From the NCBI GenBank assembly GCA_023213395.1, contig CM041465.1, positions 210,125,741 to 210,189,740 of the forward strand: a stretch of DNA of 64,000 nucleotides, in the 5' to 3' direction. Shown in pieces: positions 39,301 through 54,727 of the stretch. This stretch comes from Cycas panzhihuaensis. Lineage: Eukaryota; Plantae; Cycadophyta. The translations under genes and the position numbers were made by a program. The notes under the pieces are model-generated. The model was given only the letters and a program-made list of their open reading frames with translations, was not told the DNA's origin and searched no databases. Each line of letters starts with the position of its first letter. The first letter of the stretch is position 1.

Positions 39301-42200
39301 TTCTATTGCTCGCTCTGTATTTCATCATTGTCATATGAAAGAATTTAGTATTTCTATCTCCCTCGACTAACGAAATGGCCCTAGATTTCTGTCTCTAATG
39401 GGCCCTCTCCCTGCTTAGGGTCTCCTCTAAACTCTTCACCAAATCTCTCCCTACTCTGTCCACATCCTCAGTTATGCCTTCCTCCTAAATTTTAGCTTCT
39501 GTAACTTTCATGTCTCTTAGAATTTGTTCCTTAACTGCAAATATATTTTGAAAAACGTCTTTGTTCCACCTTTTCACTTCCCTCTTGATCCAATCCAACT
39601 TTCTTAATAGTCTGTACATTGCATAACCCTAAACAAGGACTCTCCACCAACCCTCAATCAACTCTCTAAAGTTTGGATGTCTAGCCCATATCATCTTGAA
39701 TTTGAAAGGAGAGCTCATGTGCTTCTTAGAATCAGAGAACACAAATTGAACGGTAGAGTGGTCCGATAATGTTTTCGAAAGCGCTTCTAAATAAAAATCT
39801 TTATATCTTATTGACCATTCATAGTTGAGCATCGCCCTATCTAACTTCACCTCAATATGGTAGCTACCCAATCGTCTTTTGACCAGGTAAAGTTCACTCC
39901 TCTAAGGGGGACATCCACCAACCCACCCTTCTGCATAAAGTTATTGAGATCCTGCATGCTGCTCGTCCAACCCTCTTGGCCTCCTCTCTTTTCTCTTGGC
40001 GACAGGGGAGTGTTCAAGTCCCCCACCACCAACTAGGGGGCCGAGCATCCCCTATAACCCTCCAAAATCCTTTTCCATAAAGATCTTCTTCCTTCTGACC
40101 GATTTGGAGCATAAATATTTGTGGCTAACCATTTCACATTGGTCCTCCTGCTGGTAAGCCATATAGAAATATAACACCCTTCTGTGAAGAATACTTCCCC
40201 AGCCCAGTCTTCTAGGTTCCACAGCACCATCAAGCCCCTTGAACCTTGGTAGCTATCCACAACCCCCATATCAGCTTTTTACCATATTCTTTCTTTAACC
40301 CTATCACTATTAACTTTATCCAGCTTAGTTTCCTGCAAAAAGATCAGATCTGGTCGTTCTCTTAACCTTAATTCCTTCAGCACCCTCTGCTTTGAGGGGG
40401 CATTTGCTTCTTTGATGTTTCAAGAGATCAACTTCATCTCTTTCTCCTTGGTTTCTAGATCTCCCTTGGGTCCTCTCTATGCACTTCTTGACCTTCATCT
40501 CTAAGTCTTAATCTTGGGCCTTCCAGGAAACCGTCCTTTAGAGTCTTCTGATTTCCCTGATCTACTTGGAGTGCCGCTTCCCTCTCTCTAAGGATCTTGA
40601 GTGGGGGCCTACCCACTCTCCTCTTTGACTCTACATCCACCTCCTTTTTCTGCCCAACCTCCCTTAGCTCCTCCAAGGTAACTCTCTCTTCTCTTATTTC
40701 CTCCTCATCCTGATTCCTTGGTGATTCCATTTTCTCGTTCCTATCTTCCTCTCCCTGAGGGGGTCATCCTTCCCTTCCTCCTTCTCTTTCTCCTGGTCTC
40801 TTCACCCTCTTCTTGGTGTCCTCCAGGTCCAGATTGAAATCTACCTTGTCCACCATTGTGTCTTTGATGTTGAGTCTCTCATGTGTTTCCACAACCTCGA
40901 AATTTTCATTATTGGTATTGTTCTCCTCTTGCCTTTCCTCCGCCTTTTTTCTGATCCCTAGGCATTTTGGGGTAAATGTTCCATCCTTTTGCACGGCAAG
41001 CACCTCAAGTTTTCCACTTCATAAATTAAAGGTTAGGTTCTTCTCCCCTCCTCCAAATTAATCCAAACATTTCCTAGAAGTGTTTTGTCAATTCTAGCCA
41101 AAGCATTGAACCTGACATTTACTAGTCTACTTCTATTTCTAGTAGCTGAGTCAACAGCCAAAAGGGGTCCAATTGTTTTTGCCACCCATTTGATAATATC
41201 CATTTTCCATAGCTGGAGGGGGAGGCTGGGCATCTAGATCCATATAGGTGCTTGCTTTACCGCATCAACTAATGGATCAAAATCTCTATGCCACCTTTCC
41301 AGTAGCAAGGCCTTCCTTTTTAGCAACCAGGATGCTTTCAACAAGATATTAACCATGTCTTCTTGTGAGGCGAATTTAAACAATACACATCCTTAGGGAA
41401 AGGCCATTACTTCCACAAGAATCTTCCATCTACTCCTAGCCCAATTCCTTATGATTTCTAGGCCCGGTTTAGGCCTAGAAAATCTAGCAACCAAGCAGTT
41501 CTCCCACAATTTTTCTATCTTTTCTACCAGCTTCTTAGATACTCTCAATGTAATTTGGTCATCTTGAGAAAATAGGGTTACATCGAAAGTTTCATCCTCC
41601 CCTGATTTGAGGACTTCCGAGTAGGATCTACCCCAAGGAGGGTTTGAAGACTGATTTGAGAATATAGGCTCTTTATCCATTTCAAAAAAACTCGATAGAC
41701 ACAGAATACAAAGAGTAGCTCTCCAGGAGCGTAGATCTCGCTCTCATACCTTCGGTTTTTGATGACCTCTAATCATATACCATGCATAACTTTCTCTGTT
41801 TGAGCGCCAGCTTTAGAAAACCCTTAGGGCAACCGTCCCTTTTCGCCTCTTTTCTCCACGGTGCTACAAATATCCACCCTTGGGAACTCCTCCGATCCGA
41901 ATCGATCTAGTCTTCCCACGATTCTATCTCCATCTCGGGTTCTGAGGAACCCTTCTTCCGCTCTGCAGGCTCCAATCTCTCCACCGTCCCTAGCCATTCT
42001 TGAATGAGGAGCCACCTCTCCTTAATCGCTTTGCTTGGAGGTATCGACACCTCTCCATATGGATTCTCCATGTTGCTCTCTAGGCCACCGTCTCCACGGA
42101 AACCCAGGTTCCGTCCTCCCTGGCTCGTCGGTTCGATTGCCATTCACTCTAGCCATTCGCCTCCGTTGTTCGTCCCAGACATTCCATAATTAGCTCATTC
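36348..42200 (-). mobile_element. Second near full-length L1 LINE of the same family; RNase H partly deleted
   Basis: T-run at ~36348-36357; imperfect TSD AATTAAGACATTTATAC (36331) / AATGAAAACATTTATAG (42201). ORF1 LVARFSRPKPGLEIIRNW; ORF2 start MKLIS at 40437; motifs VGDLN, KAPGPYGF, KIDMSKAYDRVSW, VKVNFDGAS. Confidence 0.9.
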
Positions 42201-43049
42201 AATGAAAACATTTATAGTTACTAGAGACATTTACCACATTTATTTTAAAATTAATTGAGTAAAAACTATCCCATAGTAACTTGCAATATCCTCTATGCTA
42301 AAAGAAGAGCCTTTTAAATTTTCATATACAAAAGTCTTTTTTTTTTTAATATTAAACTATTATTATTATCTTATTATCATTATGATTATTATTCGTGTTC
42401 ATATTATTTATTTATGCTTTTGTTTAAAGCCTCTTTTCCATAGTTTGCTTGATCTTATGACAAATGCTGCACAAGGCAACCAAGAATCTAATACATAGCT
42501 ACGCTAGTTTATAAATTGTAACAAACACTGGAAATGACTTCACAACATGAACTAGTACTCATTATTAGATTTATTTTAGCATGCCATATATGACAATGGA
42601 ACCGTATAAATATATATTTTCCATGTTAGAAATTGCATTTCATGATCTGTAATCTAAAGGTATTCCACATTTATGCCTACTAATGACTATTACACTTGTC
42701 ATTATAGCATAATGGCTAGAAACAACTCATATATAATCTATGTTAATATATAACATATATAAATGCACCACGTGATAGTTACAAGTAGATATTATATCAT
42801 AACATACATTAAATGTTATTGGGCCCACGTCAAGATAAAAATAATCAACTTATAATTGATTCAAATACTTATAACAAAGTACATCACATCTATACAATGT
42901 GTGTTATGACTTAAATTGACACCTTAAACATGTATAAACCACTAGAACCAAAAAGCCAAATTCATAACATGCGAATATTGAGTCTAATGAAAGCACATCG
43001 ATACCTACAAATTGATGCAGGTCTACTATAGAAGCACCCAAGTTGAGCT

Positions 43050-46000
43050 AATCGATTACATCCATAGTGGCCAACCATCCTAAAGTTAGGTTCTTGGTTC
43101 AACTATTTATATTTGTCTTGAGAGGAAGTGAAGGCGAGGTTAACTACCTATTCTTCATTATCTTCCTTCTTCAATGAACAACACTTAGAGCATTATAGAG
43201 AACAGATTTCTCATCATACGATTATTAATTCTTCTTCATTTATAACCTAACAATAAATATATGTTTGTGGAACTTATCATTCCTACTATCTTAAATAGCC
43301 TTGAAGAGGGTAGGAAGAATCCATTGTGTAAAAAACATCAATAAATCATATAAGGTTGTTCAAAGTGTTTTATTTATTTTTCTTTTTTGCTTTTTCACTA
43401 ATAAAATAAACACCCCTAAATGTCCATTCACTATTTTTTTTAATATCTATTTATTTTCTATATTTTAATTTATTTGACATACTTCACACACATTTATTTT
43501 TTCTTTCACTTATTCCTCTAATTAATTATTAAACACCATTTTCCATTCACCAAACCCTTTTCACCATTCAAATTTTCATCAAACAAACGTGTTATGAAGA
43601 GAGAAATTTCCTTTTGTTGTAATTAGTGACCATGCTCGTCTTCATTTTCTCTTTTATTTCACTCATATACATCTATTCCTTCTTACAAACTCCACCATAT
43701 TACCGAGTAATTTTCTTTACCTAGATGTTATTAAAATCTAAGAATTTTATTTCTAATTTTTTTTGCTCATTATAGAAATCTTCATTACACCAAGTAATAG
43801 TAATCAACATGCAATTATAGTCAAACAACATTTTTATTAAAATCACATGCCTTTCCTGCATTTCAGTATTGATAAGAGAAACTAATGAATATTTGTTAGA
43901 ACACTTATTGTTCCCATAAACCTTTATACTCAACCCCCACTCTAACAACAAAAGACCTTACATGGAATTGTAAGAAACCCTTTCCATTAGAAAAATCACG
44001 ATAAGTACCCATTTTCAAGATGCTAGCCAACTAGAGGATTAAATTTTGAATCTACCTGCCCACTAACAGACAATAGTTGAACATCTTCTTGATTAAGAAG
44101 CACATGAGCACTAAGATGACAAATGATTAGAGGACAAGTAAATTACTTCTTTTAGCAATTATGAGGCCTCACACCACAACAAACACCCCTCATCTATATT
44201 GTCCATAATTAAACATCCCCAAACATGATAGCCACCCAACGCGTTTCCTCTACTACTAACTCTCATCATTATTTTTGTTCTATAGGATATGCCAATGACT
44301 ATTACCAAATAATGACTCCTTGAAAATAGATTATAATGCTTCACCACTGCAAACAACCATCTCGATAGGTATCCCTAATTTTATGAAAACGCAAGGACAA
44401 ATGACAAAAAACTATGTATTTGGATTGACCTTATAGTTTGCCAAAAATGCTTTCATAGAAGGTTGTATTTTCTTATGGCTCTTCCATGATCCTTTAAACC
44501 AGAGGACACTAAGCGATTCTTCTCACTACCCAACAAATCCATACATGTCATGTGCAAACTCTATAATTCTATTAGTAAATACTTTCAAATCCCATCCACC
44601 CTTACCAAATGGCCTGAAAACACTCGTGACCATGAAAGAAGGCTCCACAACAACAATCACCTAACACACATGCAATTCGCACCTAATTAGAAATAAATGT
44701 GTAATTCCCAAGAATCCCAACTTTTGCATGAGATAGTTTATGGAGAGCCTCTCCTTACAAATTGTATTTAAGCTTATGAAGATTGACCAAAACTATAAAG
44801 ACGATGTAATATACAAGCCCATGACACTAGAGATCATCCTAATCAATTTAAAGGTAGTCACATAATAAAACAATCAAATTGATAGCCTTATCATAACACA
44901 ACTAATGTCTCAACTACAAGACCATGATATAATAAGAGATGGAGTCATTGATATAAATCTTATCCTAAACAACCAAGTACAATATCTCATCCAAATTATC
45001 AAAAGTTTAGTGAGCCAAGCCTCATAATTTTAATTCCACCAACATCCTTAAACACTTATAAATATGGTCAATACTACCACGCCAAATCAATCACCTCCAA
45101 ACCAAACACCATAATACCCACAAAACACCCTATCACATACCTAACTAATACCACCACCTAGTGATGTTTAATCAACACCCTCTTTCCCAAAAAGTTTAAT
45201 TAATTAATCAAACACTATAGGACAAAACTTCATCATAATATTTTCTCAACTAGTATTTCCATCACAATACTACCGAGCACATTGTGAGCGTTATCAAATG
45301 TTTACCCACTTGAAAGGCTAGTGTAAAGCCTACTAAAGCATCCTTCCTTTTCTATAAAGCAAAGGAAATCTAATATTCCCCTCACCCAACAAACCTCTTT
45401 CCTAAGCACTTATCATGCAAATTTTGTCAAGTCACCACCCATGACTATAACAATTATCAAAGCCTCACCAAAGCCTAACTCTTCCTTGGAGGGACCCCTC
45501 AAAGATCTATTTCAAACTCCAAATCCAACCCATCACTAAGAATCTACCATAATTTCTTTTGCAATTACAACATAAACACCATCATGCAACCACCAACCTA
45601 ACAAAACATCTAGATGGTCAACTGGTATCTAGAATTATACTATCCATCCTAACCATGCTTATTATCTAATAATCAAATTGTCCCAACAAACTACCCCAAT
45701 ACCCACTAAACCACTACCAACATACTAATTGATATTAATACCATGATGACCAACATACCAAACTTCACCAACCCATCCAACCACAACATCTCACATGACA
45801 CAATCCCACTAAAGGCTTATACCACATTAGATATCTAACCAAACACCCAAAATAAACTAGTCTTTATCCACATGATAAAAATCCACATTGCCTAATGTCT
45901 ACTCCACCATATGATCCATGTCTAATAAAAGGTCTAAAACCCCAATTAATGAGATAAGAATACTCGAAACTAACCAATTCCACACCCCAATAACTGCACC

Positions 46001-47960
46001 TAATAACCAAATTCCATGAAATTCAACATCAAATTACAAACAAGTAATAACAAATTATTTTATCACAAAAGAGCTATCACTTATCCATATTAATATTAGA
46101 GATGTTATAGATATGTCTACAATAATACCAGAATCTCTTTAGTGCCCTCAAAATAAATTGCTTATCACATTTAATGCACTTGACAAACCACCACAAGATA
46201 ATGCCACACCCTTCAAAATCCACATTTATGTAGAATAATAATCAATCAAATAATACATTGTTAACAATAAATTCGCCTTCACTACCATGCATAATCATAT
46301 TGCCTAACAATAAAATATTACTAAGCTAGCCCCTAATAAACACACCTTTAAAGCATTTGACAACCATAACCATGCACCCCTCAAAATAATCAAGTCATCC
46401 CTAATTACAATCGACCATTAAATTACAATCATAGGAGGGGGTTAAATTACCACTATGACTATTGTAATTTGCTTTGTATTGGGACTATATAATCCTCCCT
46501 TTGAGCTAGAATAATAAGAATTAACTCTACCAAAGTCTTCGAACCAACAAATTTAACAAACACCTAAATCAAACAAGTAGTACCATTTCTCACATATGAA
46601 ACACCCTTAAATAGACACTTAGAAAGCCAACTAATACCAACCACACCCATATAAAACATCCGATTTTAGTTTCATCAACCCCAAATATGTAACTCAACCT
46701 TTACCAATAACATTCCATTTCAATACCCAACCCAATACCCTATAAAACACCACCTAATGTCAGTAATGCATTCCCATCACCAAGATGCCCACAAAATAAC
46801 ATTAACACAAGACAAAACATTACTAAGTCAAATACTAAAAGCGTCCACCTTCCTAGGAAAACCAACATGACACACACATACCTACACTAGTAGCTAATGG
46901 ATTAGAGACATAAGATGCACCATCTATATTAGGGTTACTATCTAAAGAATCACCTATAATAAGCCAACACATCTTAAACATTAATATCGAACCAACCACA
47001 CCACAACCAATGTTACCTAAGCCACAAAATAACCCCAAACTTATTAATATTGAAAGCAAAACTACTCTACCAACCATCAACACTTAACATACCTAAAATG
47101 AAACACCACATAGCCACAACAAGTTCACAATGAATAATTAAGATAATAAAATTGATTTTTTATAAATAAGTCACCCCCACAAACACCACTAATACACAAC
47201 AAAATTAGCAAGAAGAACAATGAGCGATAAATAACCAACCCAAGCTATTAGCAAGATATTTGGTTCTATTACATGAGGAAAAAACCAACCCAAAATTAAC
47301 ATAATCTATTCCCAACACATAAATCTATACCTCTACACAAGTCTATCACACAAATAGATGAATGATCCATTTTCAAACAAATTACCAAAAACCTACACCA
47401 AATAAACAAAATACCAAAAATAATAAAAACCCATCCCTCAAGGTTCTAAGCAAACACCATAAATATACTAGAAGTCCCTCAACTTCACAACATAAAAGAT
47501 AATCCTAAAATTAATCTCCATCTATTATTTTATAGATTTAAGGTATGATGTCCAATTCAGACTTCTAATATGGATATATTTATAGGTCAAGTTGAAGCAA
47601 CTCTAGACCATAAATAGCCATATGGGTAATCATTGATCCTCATAGAAACATCACTCACCAAAATAGATACTATTTAGAGAACACTTGTATCAATAGCTTA
47701 ATTAAATACCAAAGGGCTTTTAAGCCTCTTAAAAGATATCCAACCACCGATCAATCATTTGGTTCTATTATTTTATACTCGAATAGTAGCAACACAACTA
47801 AACTAGATCTTCAATATGACCAACCCACAATTATGACCCTTACTTGTACAAGCAAAATTTTATATGAAAACATTCCAAGTAATATTAATTCAACACATAC
47901 TTTGAAAGTTCAACCAAACAACTAACCAACTAGCTAATCACATGTTAAATTGGCACATAA
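43050..47960 (+). mobile_element. Very old Tat/Ogre-like Gypsy remnant: LTR (to ~43585), gag-like ~44450-44650, aRH-type RNase H ~47560-47950
   Basis: LTR-like segment repeated at ~49720-50260; eroded retrotrans_gag and RNase H remnants; no intact ORFs. Confidence 0.5.
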
Positions 47961-49719
47961 CTTAGCAAGCCCTTCTTAAAAAAGCAATTTACTACTACTA
48001 CAATAAATGGCAAAAATATTATTTACTTTATTATATAATTAGTTTATCTCAATTTCCTTCTACATATGCATTCACGATTATTTCAAATTTCCTCTCTACA
48101 AGTATTTTAAGAACCAAAAGTCTAGTCCCTTAACACATGGTGTCCCATTTAAAAAACATCCTTGTAATCAAAACACCACAAAAACTTTCCTAGAAATAAA
48201 GCCACTGACATCACTACCAACCCATATCTATTTAGTATTCCATCCCAAAATATTCCCAAACTACATTCTTTTTTTTCCTTACCATCCCATATCTTTTCCT
48301 TATCATCAAAACCCTTAATACTCTTCTCCATCACAAGTCCTTTTCATCTTGTATATAATTTTAAGTGCTTTAACCCATCTCCAAGGGTGCTAGTTCCTTG
48401 TTGAGACCTCGTCTTTTAAGAGGTACCCTCTCACCTAAATTCTACAATCCTTTTAAGCAACAACCAACTATTTCATCATCCCCGTTATCAATTTCTATCC
48501 TCCGCTATGGCCTTACCAATAACACTTCTCCATCAACAACTTTCTATCAATATCTCGCTAAGTTACTTTTTCTTAATTCTTTTTCTACCACCCTACTCCA
48601 TCTTCTTACTATGTGTATAAATCATCATTTTATCTCTTTCTTACCATCATGGTACTTATAAACCCTACCATTAGAACCTCACAAATCCCCATTATCATCT
48701 TGCCTCCTTTACACCATCCCGCTTATTATTATTAACATCAACATCTCCCAAATTTTTATTAGCATTTTATTTCTTTTCCACCACCTTACTTGATACAAAA
48801 TTTCAACATCATTTTATTTCTATTCCATTATATTTTCCTAGCTAATAATTCAAGTCATGGACCTTAAGTCTTTTGAAAGTTGTTATGACCTTACATCTAT
48901 AATGAAGGCTACAAAAAGGAACAATATGCAGTTAACGGATCTAAAGGAAACCAAGCATCTATAAAATGATTAGAAAAGTGAAAACAAGACATGTCCATAA
49001 CTACCAAGACTAGTAAAAGTAATAATAAACACACTTATACATAGAGCATGTCCTATTTATATAGCAAAAACTCTCATAAAATTTAAAAAATAAGTTGATA
49101 TGTATTATACTCCCCCACCATATTCTTAGTTAATAGCAATAGCAATAGCTCCTCATTCGACACATTTAATATTTTTTCATAGGTTATTTCTATCATATTC
49201 TATGCCCTTGATTTATATGGGGCATAATGTTATTGTTAGGTGAAGGATCTAATTGTCACACTCCACTACACTAAAACAATGATATATAATAAGAGCAAAA
49301 TGAAGAGAACAAGATTAAGAGCAAACATGAAAGGTGAGAATTATGACCCTCCCTTTCACATTTAGCCTTATATATCAGAGGATGTACATTAAGATTTCTA
49401 AAGGAGTTTTTTGCCTAATGGCATGATTCTGAAATTACACTTAAATATAAATGAAATTATATTTAACTATATGACTTAGCTAACCTAAAGTCACCTTCAT
49501 ATAATTAATCTAATGATTTTGATGCATTAACATCCATCAATTATGGCTCAAATTTATGTCCTGAGCATGCACAAACCATAAAACCTAACAAATTTAAAAA
49601 ACTGTAACTTTAAGTGTTACATTTGATGGCAATGCACTTATATATATAAATCGATATAAGTTTACTATAAAAATATTCAAATTGATCTAGTCAACAATTT
49701 CACTCCTATAGATATCATG

Positions 49720-50270
49720 CAACCATGCAGTCCAACCATCTCAAAACTAAATGACCAATTTAGCTATTTATGCTCTTGTAGATGGCCAATTTAACTATGG
49801 ATACTCCTTCCAAGGGGGGGAGAACAAATGAACAACCCTCTATTTTTCATTATCTTCAATTCTTTAACAAGTAATATTAGGACCATGGTAGAGAACCCAT
49901 TTCTTATCATGTCATGATTAATCCACCTTTATTTATAGCCTAACAATTGATTTTTATTTATGGAATCCATTATCCCTACCATCCTAAATGGCCTTGAGGA
50001 GAGGAAGTGAAAGTCATCATTAAAAAACATCAACTAATCAAGTAAGCTTATCTATATTATTTCATTTCTTGTTATTCTTTCAATAATAAAAGAAATAAGG
50101 ATGCCAATGGTCCTTTTACCATTCTTTTATATACATTTACTTTTTGTACTTATAATTTACTTTATATATAATTACCTATTCTTTTATTCATTCAACCAAT
50201 TAATTATCAAGCATCATTTCCAAACACCAACCCCTTTTCACCGTTAAGAATTTATTAAATAAATTAGTGT
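49720..50270 (+). repeat. Diverged second copy of the LTR-like segment at 43060-43590
   Basis: Collinear shared blocks such as TTTATA.CCTAACAAT, TAAAT.GCCTTGA.GAG and CCTTTTCACC.TT. Confidence 0.65.
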
Positions 50271-51819
50271 TATAAGGAAATAACTTATAATAATTTATTA
50301 AAAATATGCATTACATTTTACATTCTCCTCACTTTGAAAGACATCATCTTAATACTTATAGATTGGACATGTACTATAACCTTCATAACCAACAGAGCAT
50401 AATCTTCATAACCCACATATATTGTTTAACATTGCTAAAATTTAAATTCATTAATTTTCATTTATTTATCTAATAATTTAAATAAGTATTAGATTGAACT
50501 AAAAGAAAAAAAAATCAAGTCAACTATTTACTTGTTTGTTTTGAAATAGTTTAACCAACTATAGAGAAAATCCATCAAATGCTAGAGTTCATATCATTCT
50601 ATCTTTTGGTTCCAAAACATTACTAACTTTATCTTCTAAAAATGATAATTATTTTGTACTTGAGCAATTACTCAAGAATGAATGAATTTATTATTTAATC
50701 TATCAAAAAATAAATCTATTTTAAATAATAATATCCTTACAATGATAGTAACAATATTAAACCTATCTTTAAATTATATTATTTAAACTATCATGCTCAT
50801 ACATGGCTTATAACAACATGCATATTTCAGGTCATGTCATTCCTTTATGACATCACATGAACTCCAAAGTGAGATCATCGATTCAATCATCTCTATGTTA
50901 TAAACACTTTGATTATTAAAACAAACTTTAAGTATCTCAACCAAAAATAAGTCCAATGCAATAGTTTTCTAAAAGCTTAACTTTCTAAAATTAATAAGAA
51001 GTATTCTACATATTCACAGAAGTGTTATATCAGAAGGAGATGGTATGTGAGTTTAAATTAGTCAAGAAATAATATAAAACACAAGTGACAACTTGTTGGG
51101 CAACATAAATCTCTCACTTTTAATATGTACTCAAACTTGATAATTATGTTTATTATATTCTATGTTTAAAAGAATAACTATTTGCTTCAAATATATAAAT
51201 TATTATATTAAATATTGTTTAAATACGCTAAGTGATCATATCCATGTTCTTTTCTTAATAGAACTAATTACCAATTTAATTAATATCAATGGGATTAAAT
51301 ATATATCCTAATATGACATTAGAAGGCCAACTTGGCATTAATGCTTTTTTGATGTGAAGCCAGTAAGACAATGAGTAGATATGATACCTTTTAGTATTAG
51401 AAGTAGGAGTGTGTGATGTGCACCTATTCATTCACCAAGTCACTCTTCAATGAATAATGCAAGCACAAAGGACATCGATATGATGCAAAACATAATACTA
51501 TTAAGATAGGGAACTGCATCTGGTCCTCTCACAACTAGACGCAGACCCCGTAGTACACTGAAAGTCAACGGCTAAATTAGGCTTACACCAAGATTTACAA
51601 TTATAAACCTGCACTTTTCTCTTTCTACCTACTGTTACATCATCCTTTCCTTTTTGCCCTTACATACTCATAATTTCCAATGATCTCAACCATGATAAGT
51701 TACAACTGACACAACGGTTAATTCACCGATGTGTTCAAAAGGGATTATTAACATATCGTAACCTTAGATTACAATTTGTTCATAATTGTATTCTATAATC
51801 AGCTGGTACTTGCGGCTGG

Positions 51820-52110
51820 CTGCAATCTGTTCACAACCTTAACCTGAACTGCAATTTATTTGCAGTCCTAGCGTGAACCACGATCTGCTCGTAATTCCGG
51901 CCCGAACTACAATCTGCTCGCAATCCGGCCCAAACTGCAATCTACTCATGATCTCGACCCGAATTGTAATCCGTTCACAATCCCGATCTGAACAACGATC
52001 TGCTCGCGATCCCAACCTGAACTGCAATCCATTCGTAATTCCAATCTGAACCATGATCTACTCGCAATTTTGACCTGGACTACAATCCGTTCATAATTGA
52101 ACCACGATCT
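51820..52110. repeat. ~29-bp tandem repeat, about 10 copies (GAACTGCAATCTGCTCGCAATCCGGCCC-like)
   Basis: Periodic GAAC..(C/T)(A/G)ATC.G.TC motif. Confidence 0.85.
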
Positions 52111-52499
52111 GATCGTATTCCAAAAATCAAAGCCCTTTAAAAAATTATGTCATTTCTGCTGCCACACCTCCCCTGTCATAAATTCAACAAGTATCCTTAC
52201 TTTTCCACAAAAAAATTTCCTATTCCTCTCCCCACCCTTCAAAAAATTAATAATTATCCAATTGTTTATATTTTATTCAACTCTCCATGCAACCGGTTCA
52301 TTGTTTGACGAATATAATTCGTGTCCGGTCTATAACAGTCGGCGGAATTCAAATTCCCTGTGACCAACAATGGTCTACAAGGATCCCAACATCTCATAAT
52401 GCATCCAACTGTGCCAATGTCAGTTTTTCTCCTTTGTGTAGCTTTGAAATTTCCTCCTTTGCTTCATCGTGTAGCTTTTCCATTCTCAACAAGTCTTAG

Positions 52500-54727
52500 C
52501 GCAGGTGATAAATTCTCGACTAAAACTTATTCACATTTTTTGCATCCTCCTCAGTCTCCAATATCCATGCGCCTAATTTAAGAATAACTTCGTGTAACCC
52601 TGGAGGAATAAACGACTTTTAAATGCTTGCACTTTCGATGGAATCCCATTAATATCTTTGACCCACAGCAGAATAAATTCCTTCAAAAACTCTAGCTGGG
52701 CTTCTGTGGCTACCGATTTATCTTCTAAGTTTTGAATTCTTTGCATATCTGGCAATGATCTTCTATCCCTTTGTTCCAACTTTGTTACGAGCTGCCTTGT
52801 CACTCTAGCCATAAAGGAAGTCCTCTATTGGGAGACATCCTGTGGGTCATAATGCAAAAGATCAAGGCCCTCCTTCAAGTATTCCTCTGATTGATTGAAT
52901 TCCACTTCCGGTGCTTGATTGTTCAATGCCTCCAAGATTTCTTGTTGTCTCTTTTTAGATGCTAGCTTTCTCCTTTTTTGTTTTTCCTCTTCCTTGTACT
53001 TCAAAGGCTTAGCCGTTCTTGACTTTTTCTATTTTTGTTCCGCTTCCTTTTTCCTTGTGACAGGTTCCTCTCCTAGTTTCCGCTTCCCCTCTCTTATTTC
53101 TATCTTCAAATTCTTCTTTTCTCTTCGACTCTAGTCTTGCCCTCCTATTGGGTTTCGCGACATTTCCTCTATCCACGGTTTTTCCTCCACTTTTTCTTCT
53201 AATTTTGGACACGATTGGAGAGTACTAACCTACCACTATGAATGAAGCCAATCACTAACTTGTTTCTGTAACTCTACTAATTATGAGGTACCTCGTCCGT
53301 GATCCCTTGAATACAACTCTGTCCATTTGGCCAGAAGAGGCTGTTCTTCTTCAACCACTGATAATTGAATTCCCGAACATTGTGAAAATAGCAACCCTTG
53401 AAATAAGGTAAGATAGAAGAATAAAATAGATTGAGTAGCACCTTGTATTGCTTCCCAAGGAGAGAGGATGGGTACTTTAGTACCAGGGTTGTATGTAGTG
53501 GGTTGAGGGGACAACAATTCTAAAACAACTAAAGTGACCCTTAGGAAAGGAAAGGGAATGGAGATCTAATATCAAACAATATGTATTTGCGAATATGGAA
53601 CTAGAAAGAAACTAGGGAAATGAGGAGGAAATCTAAGTAAATGATACTTGAAAGTCATCTTTACGATACCTAAATTTTACAACCTTTCTTAAATATATAA
53701 GTGGTTTTGGCTGCTCCTCTATATGATCAATTCTAGAAGCATTCTTTTGTAGTAGCCATTCTAGAAGCATTCCTCCTATGAAAACCATTTCTTGATAACT
53801 CTCTTACATGTAAGTCATTTTGAATCCATTCCTCAAAAGCATTCTACAACGCATGATGTGTTTTGGCACATAGAAAAGACTTAAATTGGATTCGAAATGG
53901 GGAATGAGACTGAATCTCTTCTTATGCATGCTATATTAGACTATGTAGGAGTTGAATCTATTTGTGCTTGGGACGTAATTGCCAAACACAAACGAGCATG
54001 ACTAAAATCCCACAAATGGGAAAGAGATGGAGAAAAACTAAGAAAATGTGTTTTTTCTATTAAAAACTTAGAAAATGAATGTTTAGAAAATCCTTGTATG
54101 TTACACGATGGAAAATAAATCCTCAATGACTTAGAATTTAAAATCACATTATTTTATGGGAAGTCAATGGTCAAGGTTAAGAGCCTTAACACTCAAAGTG
54201 GTGATGCACAAATATTAAAAAAACCTCTTACTAAAAAGTTAAAATGGTGAAGCCAATCATTAAAAGTTGTGCATAAGAGGTGATTTCTTATTTGACGGTT
54301 AAAAGGCAATCTTCTCATCAAAGACTCCTTCTAAGACAAGATTTCTCCTATATAAGCATATAATGAGCAAGGCAAACTAGGATGCCATCACTGGAACAAG
54401 GAGATATTGTTGGAACAAGGAGTAGAAATTGAGCACAAACGTAGCATTGATATTTCATTCTCCATCAATTTCTCCATTGTGGAAAGTATAATTGAAGTCT
54501 ACAGAAGGAGAATAGAGTTACTAAATTATATATCTCCTACCTTCTGAAGTTAATATCAGAAAGTACAAGTTGTTATCTTCCTTCTTCATTATGAAATTAG
54601 TTTAGAGCTACCAAACCAGATTTGTTCCATTTGTGCAACTCAAGAACAATGAATAACAATCATAAAGAATGGGATTTCATCAATTCATTTTACTATGGTA
54701 CATTGTAAAGAATATTTAGTTCCTACA
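52500..54727. mobile_element. LTR retroelement 3' remnant: disrupted charged/coiled-coil extra ORF on the minus strand (~52573-53500) and an LTR-like segment ~54210-54727
   Basis: K/E/R-rich ORF pieces at 52573-52812 and 53009-53212; adjacent tandem array; segment ends TTCCTACA. Boundaries uncertain. Confidence 0.45.

Noticed and set aside
51820-52110. CRISPR-like periodicity
   Set aside because: Contiguous degenerate units without unique spacers, in a eukaryotic TE context.
53729-53775. TTCTAGAAGCATTC twice as heat-shock elements
   Set aside because: Only two correctly spaced nGAAn units per copy.
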